Source: an uncultured Saprospiraceae bacterium (GTDB lineage Bacteria; Bacteroidota; Bacteroidia; Chitinophagales; Saprospiraceae). From it: a DNA stretch of 64,000 bases. Shown here in pieces: positions 47,634 through 56,584 of the stretch. Both the position numbers and the translations under genes were made by a program. Under the pieces are notes generated by a model. That model did no database searches. It was not told where the DNA came from and was given only the letters and a program-made list of their open reading frames with translations. The stretch lies in assembly GCA_937923345.1 (NCBI GenBank), contig CAKZVJ010000164.1:4052-68051 (forward strand), given 5' to 3'. Within the stretch, counting starts at the first letter, position 1. Each line of letters opens with the position of its first letter.

Positions 47634-48320
47634 CTACTGCTCATTTCGGAAATTCACTAGTTTGATAATAGATGGCGTAAGCGTATCGATTGGCATTTGG
47701 AGCTTATAATCTAGCTCAGGAAGCATGTAGATCTTGTTAAAAGAGTTACCGTGACGGTAATAGTAAGAAGTGCCAGTGCTGGCAAACATACTTTCATCAG
47801 GCAGCATATTGGCTGGCTCTAGTAACGTAGCGATAAGCATAGAATCTACTTCAGAAGTAATGTCATCATCATCTGCGAGTATAATATCTAACAATCTCTT
47901 TTGCTTCGCTTCTTTTTTCTTACGTCTCTTTTTGATTTTCTTCTTTTCAGTTTTCACGACTGGAGTGACGATATCTAGTGATAGAATAGGGGCATCTTCA
48001 CAGATATTGTAAACCATATTCTGACAGACATCTATACTGTTGCCGAAAGCCGTGAAGTCATATTGGGTGGAAGCCTTATCATCTGAAATGATAAAGAACA
48101 CCAAGGCTAAAGAAGCCGCTACTGCAGCGATTCGCCTGCCATATCTAGGTTGTGGTTTGCGCATCTTGCTTTGTATAGCATGCCAGTTTTCTGCAGCTGG
48201 TGTTGCCACAAAATCGCCGAACTTAGCACTTAGATGTTCAAAAGAGCGATCTTCGTCTAGCTTATTTTTTATGTCTTGCCAATTCTCTTTCCTTGGCTGC
48301 TTTTTGTAATTGTCAAACAT
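47634..48320 (-). CDS. putative anti-sigma factor (single-pass membrane protein)
   Basis: Overlaps the upstream ECF sigma gene by 8 nt. One central TM helix (IAAVAASLALVFFII). No other motif. Confidence 0.4.
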   Translation of the reverse strand: MFDNYKKQPRKENWQDIKNKLDEDRSFEHLSAKFGDFVATPAAENWHAIQSKMRKPQPRYGRRIAAVAASLALVFFIISDDKASTQYDFTAFGNSIDVCQNMVYNICEDAPILSLDIVTPVVKTEKKKIKKRRKKKEAKQKRLLDIILADDDDITSEVDSMLIATLLEPANMLPDESMFASTGTSYYYRHGNSFNKIYMLPELDYKLQMPIDTLTPSIIKLVNFRNEQ

Positions 48321-48900
48321 ATCCTAAACTATAGCTTCTAGCATGTTGCAAAGATTGCTCTTCACTTGCTCGTTGCGCAATGATTAATTTGCGTAAATAT
48401 TTTTTGGCTCTTGCGAGTTGAGACTTTGATGTCCCAAGGTTAACTTGAAGTTTTTCTGCAATCTCTTGATGCGAAAATCCTTCTATAACATATAAGTTGA
48501 ATACAAGGCGATATCCATCTGGCAATTGCTGTATCAAACTTAATAATTCGTCTCTCTCTAAGTTAATCAATTGTATATCTTCAATTGATTTATCTAGTAC
48601 TACATCGAGAGGGGAGAATCTAAATGATCGTGTCTTTTTTCTATAATACTCAATCGCAGTATTGACAATAATGCGCCTTATCCAACCTTCAAGAGATCCT
48701 TCGTTTTTAAAGTTAGGAATGTTCTTGAACACTTTGACAAAGCCATCTTGTAATATATCCTCTGCCGTGTGATAATCCGATCCATATCTTAGGCATATAC
48801 CAAACATAGTAGGGGAAAAGTGATGATACAAGCCTTCTTGAGCTTTGGCATTACCACTTTTGCATCCTCTAAGTAATTTTTCTTCAGTATTAAAACTCAC
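48313..48900 (-). CDS. ECF-type RNA polymerase sigma-70 family factor
   Basis: Region 2 (DILQDGFVKVF...WIRRIIVNTAI) and region 4 HTH (SHQEIAEKLQVNLGTSKSQLARAKKYL). Confidence 0.85.
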   Translation of the reverse strand: MSFNTEEKLLRGCKSGNAKAQEGLYHHFSPTMFGICLRYGSDYHTAEDILQDGFVKVFKNIPNFKNEGSLEGWIRRIIVNTAIEYYRKKTRSFRFSPLDVVLDKSIEDIQLINLERDELLSLIQQLPDGYRLVFNLYVIEGFSHQEIAEKLQVNLGTSKSQLARAKKYLRKLIIAQRASEEQSLQHARSYSLGYV

Positions 48901-49478
48901 AACATGTTTTTTAAATATTGAATAAGCTGAGCTACAGCTTTGCCACGATGGCTGATTTGGTTCTTTACACGAGGTGATAATTGACCAAAAGATAAGGAAT
49001 AATTTTCAGGTATAAAAATCGGATCATACCCAAAACCTCCTTCTCCCGATTTCTTTTCTGCGATATGCCCTCTACAAATTCCTTCAAAAAATTGCTGTTC
49101 TCCATTTAGAATAAGCGTGATAACTGTTCTGAACTGTGCCGATCTTTTCATCTCTCCATCCATCTTCTTTAACAAGAGAGCCATATTGTCAGATGCATTT
49201 TTATGTTCTCCAGCATAAATGGCGCTATCTACACCTGGCTCCCCATTTAGTATATCGACCTCTAGACCAGTATCTTCTGCAAAACAATTGATACCTAGCT
49301 TTTCAAATACAGTATTTGCTTTCTGCAATGAATTACCTTGGATCGTACCAGTTGTCTCTGGAATTTCGTTTGTCCATCCTACCTCCTCAAGTCCTATCAA
49401 TTGGATAGTATCACCGAGTATAGCTTTTATTTCTTTGACTTTATTCTGATTTCCAGTTACGAATAACAACTTCTCCAT
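48897..49478 (-). CDS. rdgB: non-canonical purine NTP pyrophosphatase (RdgB/HAM1)
   Basis: LLFVTGNQNKVKEI, EDTGLEV and GGFGYDPIF motifs. Confidence 0.9.
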   Translation of the reverse strand: MEKLLFVTGNQNKVKEIKAILGDTIQLIGLEEVGWTNEIPETTGTIQGNSLQKANTVFEKLGINCFAEDTGLEVDILNGEPGVDSAIYAGEHKNASDNMALLLKKMDGEMKRSAQFRTVITLILNGEQQFFEGICRGHIAEKKSGEGGFGYDPIFIPENYSLSFGQLSPRVKNQISHRGKAVAQLIQYLKNML

Positions 49479-49481
49479 TTT

Positions 49482-49922
49482 TTATTCTTTTAAAAAGATT
49501 TGCTGCAAATTTCCCCATAGTGCCTTTTTTTTGTTTGCGTCTTTGTTTAAGGTGGATAGCGTATCCGCAAAAACAAAAGTCAATCCACCGACATGCATTG
49601 GTTGATAAAGCGCATTTGTAAAATTGAGTGCTACATCTTTTGGCTGCACCCCAAAACAAATAACTTTATCAATGTTTAAATCTTTTATTGTATTTATGAT
49701 GTTTATTGGATGATATGGTTCAGCAGTTTTTACCAAGCAAACATCTTTTGATATGTCGATATGTATGGCGGCTAGGATTTTGGCCAGTAATCCATCAAGA
49801 AGACTTTTATCTTCTTGGGCTTTTAAGACAACCATTACTTTGAATAAGTGATTTGTAGGATGGCTCAATTGCTCATTTGCTTGTATTGATTGAGCTATAA
49901 GATTAAACGTATGGAACCCCAT
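49482..49922 (-). CDS. hypothetical protein
   Basis: 146-aa ORF, first gene of a tightly packed 4-gene minus-strand block. No motif recognised with confidence. Confidence 0.5.
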   Translation of the reverse strand: MGFHTFNLIAQSIQANEQLSHPTNHLFKVMVVLKAQEDKSLLDGLLAKILAAIHIDISKDVCLVKTAEPYHPINIINTIKDLNIDKVICFGVQPKDVALNFTNALYQPMHVGGLTFVFADTLSTLNKDANKKKALWGNLQQIFLKE

Positions 49923-50020
49923 GGATGAAATATTATTTGGATTGAGTGCCTTGCAATAGTATTTAATACTGTTTGAGTGTATTTAGCACCTCTATAATAA
50001 AATATAATTTATAAAAGACC

Positions 50021-50028
50021 TATATTTG
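50021..50028 (+). promoter_or_regulatory. -7 box (TATATTTG) upstream of ilvE
   Basis: Exact TAnnTTTG match 41 nt before the ATG. No clear -33 element. Confidence 0.35.
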
Positions 50029-50068
50029 GCAAATAATTACCAAATGTTAACCTTCTTAAACCTTATGT

Positions 50069-51142
50069 ATGAGTAATATAAACATTACCAAAGTTAGCCA
50101 TTCCAGAGTAGATCAGGTAGATTTTGACAATATACCTTTTGGCCAAACTTTTTCTGATCACATGTATGTTGCAGATTACATTGATGGCAAATGGACTAAC
50201 CATTCTATTGTTCCATTTGGTAATCTTTCTCTAAGCCCAGTAAATCTCGCTCTTCATTATGGACAGTCCATTTTTGAGGGCATGAAAGCGTTCAAAAAGA
50301 AAGATGGTACTCCTTCATTATTTAGACCTGAGCAGCATGTGATAAGGTTAAATGCTTCTGCTAGAAGAATGATGATGCCTGAGATTTCCAAAGAAATGTT
50401 TTTGGAAGCAGTACACGCGATTGTAGATATGGAGCAAAATTGGATTCCTAAGTCTAAAGGCTCGGCGCTATATTTACGGCCCGTCATGTTTGCTACGGAA
50501 GCTAAGCTCGGTGTCAAAGTATCGACTACTTACAAATTCATAATCATTACTGGCCCAGTTGGACCTTACTATCCTAAGCCAGTCAGATTATTAGCTGAGA
50601 CAGAATATACAAGAGCTGCACAAGGTGGTGTAGGTGAAGCAAAAACAGCAGGAAATTACGCTGCCTCATTATTGCCAGCCCAGTTGGCTAAGGAAAAAGG
50701 ATTTGACCAAGTGATTTGGTTAGATGCCAAGGAATACAAATACGTACAAGAAGTAGGCACCATGAATTTATTCTTTGTTTTCAAAGATAAAGTGGTCACA
50801 CCTGAGACTTCCGGTAGTATATTAAAAGGAATCACTAGAAAATCAATTATTGAGATTTTGAAGGCAGATGGTGTCACAGTAGAGGAAAGACTCATTAGTA
50901 TGGACGAAGTAGTTTCTGCACATGAGAGCGGCGAACTGCTAGAAATGTTTGGGTCAGGTACCGCTGCAGTGGTGGCCAATGTCAGTGAATTTAGTTACAG
51001 GGATAAGTTATACAAATTAGCTGACGTATCCACTCATTCCACAGCCAATGGCTTAAGAGATAAGATCAATGCGCTTAGAGCTGGAGAAATTGAAGATACC
51101 TTTGGTTGGGTTGTGGACGTTAAGAGCACAGTAAAAGTGTAG
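50069..51142 (+). CDS. ilvE: branched-chain amino acid aminotransferase
   Basis: Class IV aminotransferase with YGQSIFEGMKAF and GVGEAKTAGNYAASL (PLP lysine region). Confidence 0.9.
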   Translation: MSNINITKVSHSRVDQVDFDNIPFGQTFSDHMYVADYIDGKWTNHSIVPFGNLSLSPVNLALHYGQSIFEGMKAFKKKDGTPSLFRPEQHVIRLNASARRMMMPEISKEMFLEAVHAIVDMEQNWIPKSKGSALYLRPVMFATEAKLGVKVSTTYKFIIITGPVGPYYPKPVRLLAETEYTRAAQGGVGEAKTAGNYAASLLPAQLAKEKGFDQVIWLDAKEYKYVQEVGTMNLFFVFKDKVVTPETSGSILKGITRKSIIEILKADGVTVEERLISMDEVVSAHESGELLEMFGSGTAAVVANVSEFSYRDKLYKLADVSTHSTANGLRDKINALRAGEIEDTFGWVVDVKSTVKV

Positions 51143-51172
51143 CACGTTGCAAACTGAATAAGATATAATTAT

Positions 51173-51203
51173 AAAAGCTGTTCATTATTGGGCAGCTTTT
51201 TTT
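51173..51203 (+). terminator. weak putative terminator after ilvE
   Basis: AAAAGCTG / CAGCTTTT stem with a 12-nt loop and a T-run. Immediately precedes element E8. Confidence 0.4.
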
Positions 51204-51346
51204 ATGGGTAGTATGGTTTGGCGGATCCACTTGCCAAGCTAGGCTACAAGGCTCGGCAGCAAGTGGCCAGGCTATTCGCAGCTCGGTCCCGAAAGAAAAT
51301 ATTCGGGACTGGTCTCTACCGAGCCCACTGCTACTATCCTTATCCG
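51204..51346 (+). repeat. GC-rich multi-hairpin interspersed element, type B, copy E8
   Basis: ATGGGTAG..., CCACTTGCC/GGCA(GC)AAGTGG stem, GGCTATTCGCAG, GTCCCGAA-agaaaata-TTCGGGAC inside CTCGG/CCGAG, ending in CTACTATCCTTATCCG. Confidence 0.65.
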
Positions 51347-51474
51347 AAAAAAGAATGCCTTTTAGATTGTTCCCTGAATTCAAATCTTACAGCAATAAAA
51401 CCTATAGAGAAAATTAAAAAGGGGAGGCCATATAGCATGACTTCCCCTTTTTGATTGATAGGACTCTAATCAAA

Positions 51475-52458
51475 CTACCATTGCGGAGGCACAGGCTTGT
51501 TGTTCAAAATGCCTTCTATTTTTTCACATACTTCCTCTGTAAGCAAAGCAAGGTCGCTGACTGATTTTAGCGTTTCTTCCAGATGATTCTTTTTGCTGGC
51601 CCCTAAAATGACTGTGCTTACATTTGGATTTTTGAGACACCAAGCAGTAGCTAGCCTAGGAAGACTTGTATCTAATGACAGTGCCAACTCATTGAGCGAT
51701 CTGGTTTTCTCCAATCTCTCAGCGGATAGAGAACGCTCCTTTAGCCATTCTAATCCTTCCATCCCAAGTCTAGTTCCTTTTGGAAACTTTCCCAAATACT
51801 TGTCTGTCAAAACACCAGAACATAATGGAGACCATATGGTAGTGCCTAAGCCTACGGTCTTGTAGATTTGGCTAAACTCAACTTCGACTTTATCTCTGTG
51901 AAACATATTGTACTGTGGTTGCTCCATGACTGGGCCTATAAGGTTTAATCTTTGCGCGCACATATGAGCTTCCATGATCTCTTGTGCAGACCATTCTGAA
52001 GTACCCCAATAGAGAATCTTGCCTTGCTGAATTAGGTGATTCATAGCCCAGACGGTCTCTTCTATGGGCGTAGTCTTATCAGGTCTATGACAAAAGAAAA
52101 GATCCAGATACTCTACCTGTAGTCTTTTTAGAGCAGCATGACAAGCTTCAAACAAATGCTTTCTACTAAGACCAGTTTGGTTAGGTAATTTACCCCCATC
52201 TCCAAAGTACGCTTTACTAGAAACAATATATGTATCTCTGCGCCATTTTGCCTTTTTGAGTATTTTGCCCATTACTATTTCTGACTTGCCCGAAGCGTAG
52301 ATTTCTGCATTGTCAAAGAAGTTAACTCCCTTGTCATAAGCCAGATGCATCAACTTTTCAGCCATAGCATCGCTAATTTGTTTTCCAAAAGTGAGCCAAG
52401 ATCCTAGAGAGAGGGCACTGACCTGTAAACCCGACTTACCTAAATTTCTATATTCCAT
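51475..52458 (-). CDS. aldo/keto reductase (Kv-beta-like subfamily)
   Basis: GVNFFDNAEIYASGKSE, LDLFFCHRPD and WGTSEW motifs. Confidence 0.85.
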   Translation of the reverse strand: MEYRNLGKSGLQVSALSLGSWLTFGKQISDAMAEKLMHLAYDKGVNFFDNAEIYASGKSEIVMGKILKKAKWRRDTYIVSSKAYFGDGGKLPNQTGLSRKHLFEACHAALKRLQVEYLDLFFCHRPDKTTPIEETVWAMNHLIQQGKILYWGTSEWSAQEIMEAHMCAQRLNLIGPVMEQPQYNMFHRDKVEVEFSQIYKTVGLGTTIWSPLCSGVLTDKYLGKFPKGTRLGMEGLEWLKERSLSAERLEKTRSLNELALSLDTSLPRLATAWCLKNPNVSTVILGASKKNHLEETLKSVSDLALLTEEVCEKIEGILNNKPVPPQW

Positions 52459-52690
52459 ACTAAGTGTTAATTATTTTGCTTGTACAAATAAAACCAATTA
52501 AATTAGGATTTCAATGCTTCAAGTATAAATTTAAAAGCTCATAAAACAAAACTATCAAAGCTAGTGTGGATGATTACCCATGTTTTATATACCAAGCATC
52601 CACTCTTATTATAAATTATAAACAATCAATCACCATTGCACTTGTTTATGGTATTTACTAGCTATTAATCTATACGCTAAATCTTTCTTT

Positions 52691-53368
52691 ATGGATAAAT
52701 ACTTACTCTCGATTTTATTTGTTTTTGCAGCAATGTCTATATCTGCGCAGAAAAGCATGAATTTTCAATACTTGCATACTATTCCAGTAGGAGCGTTTCA
52801 AGATAATCTGATGCATCGACCTAGTGGTATCGCCTTTGAGTATTTGTTTAGCCCTGCTAAGGTAAAGAGTTTGCAGTTAGGCGCTGCTTTCAGTGTATCC
52901 ATGTACCAAAATGAGGATCATAGTGGGGAGATTGCTGTCAGTTCCTCACAAAGTGCTTATGTAGCTACTAACGAAGATGATTGCTTTTATACTTATCAAG
53001 GAATTGCTAGATATTACCTAAGTGATCAGGAGAGTTTTTTGAGACCCTATATTCAAGGGCAATTAGGAGGGGCTACCTTTTTTAGTACACTTACTTTGAC
53101 AGAAGATCCTGAAGAAGCATTTGCCAGTGATACCAGATCTCATGGTACAGCATGGCTGGCTGGCCTAGGAGGTGGATTAGCCTTTAAGGTATGCGACCTA
53201 TTTTACTTAGATGCTAGTATGACCTACAATGAAAGTAGCGTGACGAACTATCGGACATCTCCAGAAAGCAATCCAGGCGCACAATATAGAATAGACCTAC
53301 AAAGTCATCAAAATAGATCCAAAGTAAATCACTTGGCATTAAAACTCGGAATGAACATGCTGTTTTAG
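52691..53368 (+). CDS. hypothetical outer-membrane beta-barrel protein
   Basis: Signal peptide ending ISAQK, alternating strand pattern and a terminal LKLGMNMLF. Confidence 0.5.
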   Translation: MDKYLLSILFVFAAMSISAQKSMNFQYLHTIPVGAFQDNLMHRPSGIAFEYLFSPAKVKSLQLGAAFSVSMYQNEDHSGEIAVSSSQSAYVATNEDDCFYTYQGIARYYLSDQESFLRPYIQGQLGGATFFSTLTLTEDPEEAFASDTRSHGTAWLAGLGGGLAFKVCDLFYLDASMTYNESSVTNYRTSPESNPGAQYRIDLQSHQNRSKVNHLALKLGMNMLF

Positions 53369-53500
53369 GATGATTCGGGTAGATAGTGTTAAAGTTATCT
53401 AAACAGCACAGCAATATTTAGTACCAGCTCGTTATACTTCAAACTATGGGTATTGCATAAAGCCCAAATTGGTTTTAGTTGGTTTTGTTTGTTAGATAAT

Positions 53501-53536
53501 AAAGGATATAGATGCTCTATCTATATCCTTTTTTAA
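53501..53536 (+). terminator. putative intrinsic terminator downstream of the 52691-53368 gene
   Basis: 13-bp stem AAAGGATATAGAT / ATCTATATCCTTT with a 5-nt loop, followed by a T-run. Confidence 0.6.
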
Positions 53537-53744
53537 TTTCTTGTCATCTTTTTATAAAGCTCCATCCTAATTTTTTATTTCATACTTCTGTAAAAATTAA
53601 ACTTTTCGGGTTTTTATTCATTATTTAAAGTGATAATATTACGCTTTGCATTAAGGTTTGTGATCTCTTTTACTAGATCCCGCAATAGCCTTAAAAGTAA
53701 GTTGTATAAGACTTTGTATAATTAAAAATTCAAATTTCACTTAA

Positions 53745-54311
53745 ATGACTATTGATCAAATTGTAAACAGACTTCAAGAAGGTAATAATAGATTTGTTGC
53801 TGACAAATTGGATGGTAAACTACAGGATAGCGCTAGAAGAGGAGAGCTTACTACTGGACAATCTCCCGATACAATCGTATTGAGTTGTGCAGATAGTAGA
53901 GTTGTACCAGAATTTGCTTTTGATGCAGGTCTAGGAGAATTGTTTGTGGTAAGAGTTGCAGGTAATGTGGCTAATAGTTCTAGTATGGCAAGTATGGAAT
54001 ACGCTGTTGCTCATGTTGGTTCTAAAGTTATCGTTGTATTGGGTCACCAGAGTTGCGGTGCAGTTACTGCGGCTATCGCAGGCGGAGACAATGGACCTAA
54101 CTTGAATCACCTATTAGGGCATATCAAACCAGCTATCGATGCAAGTGCAGAGGGAGCGGATGTGAATGACATAGTAAAGATGAACGCTAAAATGACAGCA
54201 GAAGCATTAAAGGCTAATTCAAAAATTATCGGAGATGCGGCAGCTTCAGGTCAAATCAGTATCGTGCCTGCATACTATAACTTAGATACAGGAAAGGTAG
54301 ACTTCTTATAA
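53745..54311 (+). CDS. beta-class carbonic anhydrase
   Basis: Zinc ligand motifs CADSRV (CxDxR) and HQSCGA (HxxC). Confidence 0.85.
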   Translation: MTIDQIVNRLQEGNNRFVADKLDGKLQDSARRGELTTGQSPDTIVLSCADSRVVPEFAFDAGLGELFVVRVAGNVANSSSMASMEYAVAHVGSKVIVVLGHQSCGAVTAAIAGGDNGPNLNHLLGHIKPAIDASAEGADVNDIVKMNAKMTAEALKANSKIIGDAAASGQISIVPAYYNLDTGKVDFL

Positions 54312-54335
54312 AATAACTTTTTGAAATTTGTTCTT

Positions 54336-54559
54336 CAGGCGGAAGCGGAACGCTGGAGCCCGTCGCTCGGTGAGCGCAAGGACAAAGAATCGAAACGGCA
54401 TACCCTATGTGCTGCGATGCATCAACTGCGTCGCAGCACATTTTTTTTTTACCAATATCTACCTTGCGGAATTCATACCTCAAGCACATAGGGTATATAG
54501 TGGAGAGTCTGGTGCCGTGCTGATGCAGGCTCTGCCTAAATCAGGATCGGTATGGCCCC
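54336..54559 (+). repeat. GC-rich multi-hairpin element, type A-like, copy E9 (encloses a terminator)
   Basis: GGCGGAAGCGGAA (54338-54350). 14-bp long-range stem 54400-54413 / 54483-54496. 3' module TCAGGATCGGTATGGCCCC matches TCAGGATCGGGATGACCCC in E2. Confidence 0.6.
54409..54450 (+). terminator. intrinsic terminator of the carbonic anhydrase gene, nested in element E9
   Basis: GTGCTGCGA (54409-54417) / TCGCAGCAC (54431-54439), followed by A then T10 (54441-54450). Confidence 0.8.
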
Positions 54560-54590
54560 AAAGTAAACTCTATGCGAAGAAAAAATCCAA

Positions 54591-55442
54591 TCAGAATAAA
54601 ATCCAAATGAGTAATGGGAGGTACATGGCCCCATCTATGCCGCCCGTATAAAACCAATCATGCTGCTTGCGAAAGGCTAGTATAATGAGTCCCAGCGTGA
54701 GCACATTGGTAGTATAATACACGATGGGGGTGCCAAAATATCCTAAGCCCAAGTAGGAGAGATAGACGTTCAGAAGGGTACAAATCACCAATAAAATCAG
54801 GCAAAGAAGTAGGGTATATCTCATCCCAATTCTAGCGGCTATGGTCTTTACGCCTGACACTTGATCAGCCTCTTTATCGCGGATGTCGAAAGGAAGCGTG
54901 ATGGCGAAAATATAGATAAATCGTTCTAAAAATAAAATCAAAGTGATGGTATCTAGCGTGGAGTAAGTGTCAATCGCTGCCGGTAATAATGCTGTGAGGC
55001 CTGCCCATACAAAGGAGATAACAAATATCTTGATATAGTTGAAATCCCTGAGTCGTGCACCATTTTTGAATACCGGAAGGACATATAGTAGGGATAGCAA
55101 GCCCGGAAGAAGGAGGACTACAACTTGACTCCATGGCAAGGTAAAGAACAAGACAACGGAGCAGACAAAAGCAAAAATACTGACTCCAAGAATGAGTTGC
55201 TGTAGCTTTTTAATTTTGTAAAAGCGATTCTCTTCGTCTACTAATTTAACTTTTTGCAAGCCAATAAATCTATGCAGAGAATATAACCAAGTGCAATTGG
55301 CTAAGAGAAAGAGAGCGGTATTGTCTATTGCTAGACTTCCAGTCAACAGATGCTTGGTATACAGGTAAAGACTCATAGCAGCGCCAGCTATCCATACATT
55401 GGTATACAAAATGATGTCAAGGACTCTGCTCAATATTCCCAT
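54591..55442 (-). CDS. UbiA-superfamily-like polytopic membrane protein (atypical)
   Basis: 8-9 TM helices and a second Asp-rich motif FDIRDKEAD. The first NDxxDxxxD motif is not visible. Confidence 0.4.
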   Translation of the reverse strand: MGILSRVLDIILYTNVWIAGAAMSLYLYTKHLLTGSLAIDNTALFLLANCTWLYSLHRFIGLQKVKLVDEENRFYKIKKLQQLILGVSIFAFVCSVVLFFTLPWSQVVVLLLPGLLSLLYVLPVFKNGARLRDFNYIKIFVISFVWAGLTALLPAAIDTYSTLDTITLILFLERFIYIFAITLPFDIRDKEADQVSGVKTIAARIGMRYTLLLCLILLVICTLLNVYLSYLGLGYFGTPIVYYTTNVLTLGLIILAFRKQHDWFYTGGIDGAMYLPLLIWILF

Positions 55443-55464
55443 TGAGATATTTAATCAAAATGGT

Positions 55465-56544
55465 TTAAAAATATTTGAAGTTATGGTCTTTTTTGATGGA
55501 TAATAACACTTCGTAAATCAGTTTGATAACGTTTTCTACATCCGACTTGTCAGCCATCTCAACCGTAGTATGCATATACCTTAAGGGTAACGAAATTAGT
55601 GCTGATGGTACTCCGCCATTGGAATACGCGAAGGCGTCTGTATCCGTCCCTGTAGATCTTGAGGCTGCTTCTCTTTGAAAAGGGATTGATTTTTTATTAG
55701 CCGTCTGTACTATAAGTTTGAGCAGGTTGTTGTGTACCGCGGGTCCATATGTTAGGCTAGGTCCACCTCCGCATTTGATATCCCCCGCTTTCTTTGGACT
55801 TACCAAGGGGGTGTTAGAATCGTGTGTCACATCCGTTACGATGGCCACATTTGGCTGGATAGTATTTGCAATCATTTCGGCTCCTCGGAGACCAACTTCT
55901 TCTTGAACTGCATTGACGATGTACAATGTAAAAGGTAATTTCTTCTTCTTAGCTTTCAGCAAGCGGGCTACCTCAGCGATGCAAAATCCACCCATCTTGT
56001 TATCTAGCGCCTTACCCACGTAGTACTTATCATTGAGCACCATCATCTCGTCTTCGTAGGTAATTACGCAACCTACATGTACACCCATTTTCTCCACTTC
56101 CTCTTTGGAATTCGCTCCAATATCGATAAAGATATTGTCTGTAGATGGACCCGTCACAGCGTTTTTACCTTTTCTGGTATGTATCGCAGGCCAGCCAAAA
56201 ACACCTTTCACAATGCCTTTTTCAGTGTGGATATCTACACGCTTAGAAGGGGCTATTTGATGATCTGAGCCACCATTCCTGATGACAGATATGAATCCTT
56301 TATCTGAGATATAATGAACGAACCATGAGATTTCATCTGCGTGTGCCTCGATAACCACCTTATAGTCTTTGCCTGGGTTCACTACTGCGTAGGCAGTGCC
56401 ATAGTTGTCGATTTCCCATTCATCTACGTACGGCTTGATGTAGTCAAGCCAGAGCTTCTGACCAGATGCTTCAAAGCCAGTAGGTGAAGCATTGTTAAGG
56501 TATTTTGTCAAAAACGCCTCTGATTGTTTATTTATGATTGCCAT
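55465..56544 (-). CDS. M42 family metallopeptidase (glutamyl aminopeptidase-like)
   Basis: IEAHADEI, GKALDNKMG, QEEVGLRGA and MHT motifs of the M42/M20 co-catalytic fold. Confidence 0.8.
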   Translation of the reverse strand: MAIINKQSEAFLTKYLNNASPTGFEASGQKLWLDYIKPYVDEWEIDNYGTAYAVVNPGKDYKVVIEAHADEISWFVHYISDKGFISVIRNGGSDHQIAPSKRVDIHTEKGIVKGVFGWPAIHTRKGKNAVTGPSTDNIFIDIGANSKEEVEKMGVHVGCVITYEDEMMVLNDKYYVGKALDNKMGGFCIAEVARLLKAKKKKLPFTLYIVNAVQEEVGLRGAEMIANTIQPNVAIVTDVTHDSNTPLVSPKKAGDIKCGGGPSLTYGPAVHNNLLKLIVQTANKKSIPFQREAASRSTGTDTDAFAYSNGGVPSALISLPLRYMHTTVEMADKSDVENVIKLIYEVLLSIKKDHNFKYF

Positions 56545-56584
56545 TGTAGTCTCTTCGATTAATAATTACTTGAAAGATATTAGC

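Noticed and set aside
49482-49922. Assignment of the 146-aa protein as a DNA polymerase III psi (HolD)-like subunit
   Set aside because: Only a vague resemblance of the C-terminal KKALWGNLQQI to the E. coli HolD C-terminal region, recalled from memory. That is insufficient, so it stays hypothetical.
1901-54559. GC-rich elements as a CRISPR array, tRNA, tmRNA, SRP RNA, RNase P RNA or 6S RNA
   Set aside because: There is no regular repeat-spacer periodicity and no cas genes. There is no cloverleaf or T-loop GTTCRANYC box. None of the conserved cores I remember (tmRNA ends, SRP domain IV GGAA/AGCA motif, RNase P GAGGAAAGUCC) is present. Multiple copies per 64 kb are also incompatible with single-copy housekeeping RNAs.
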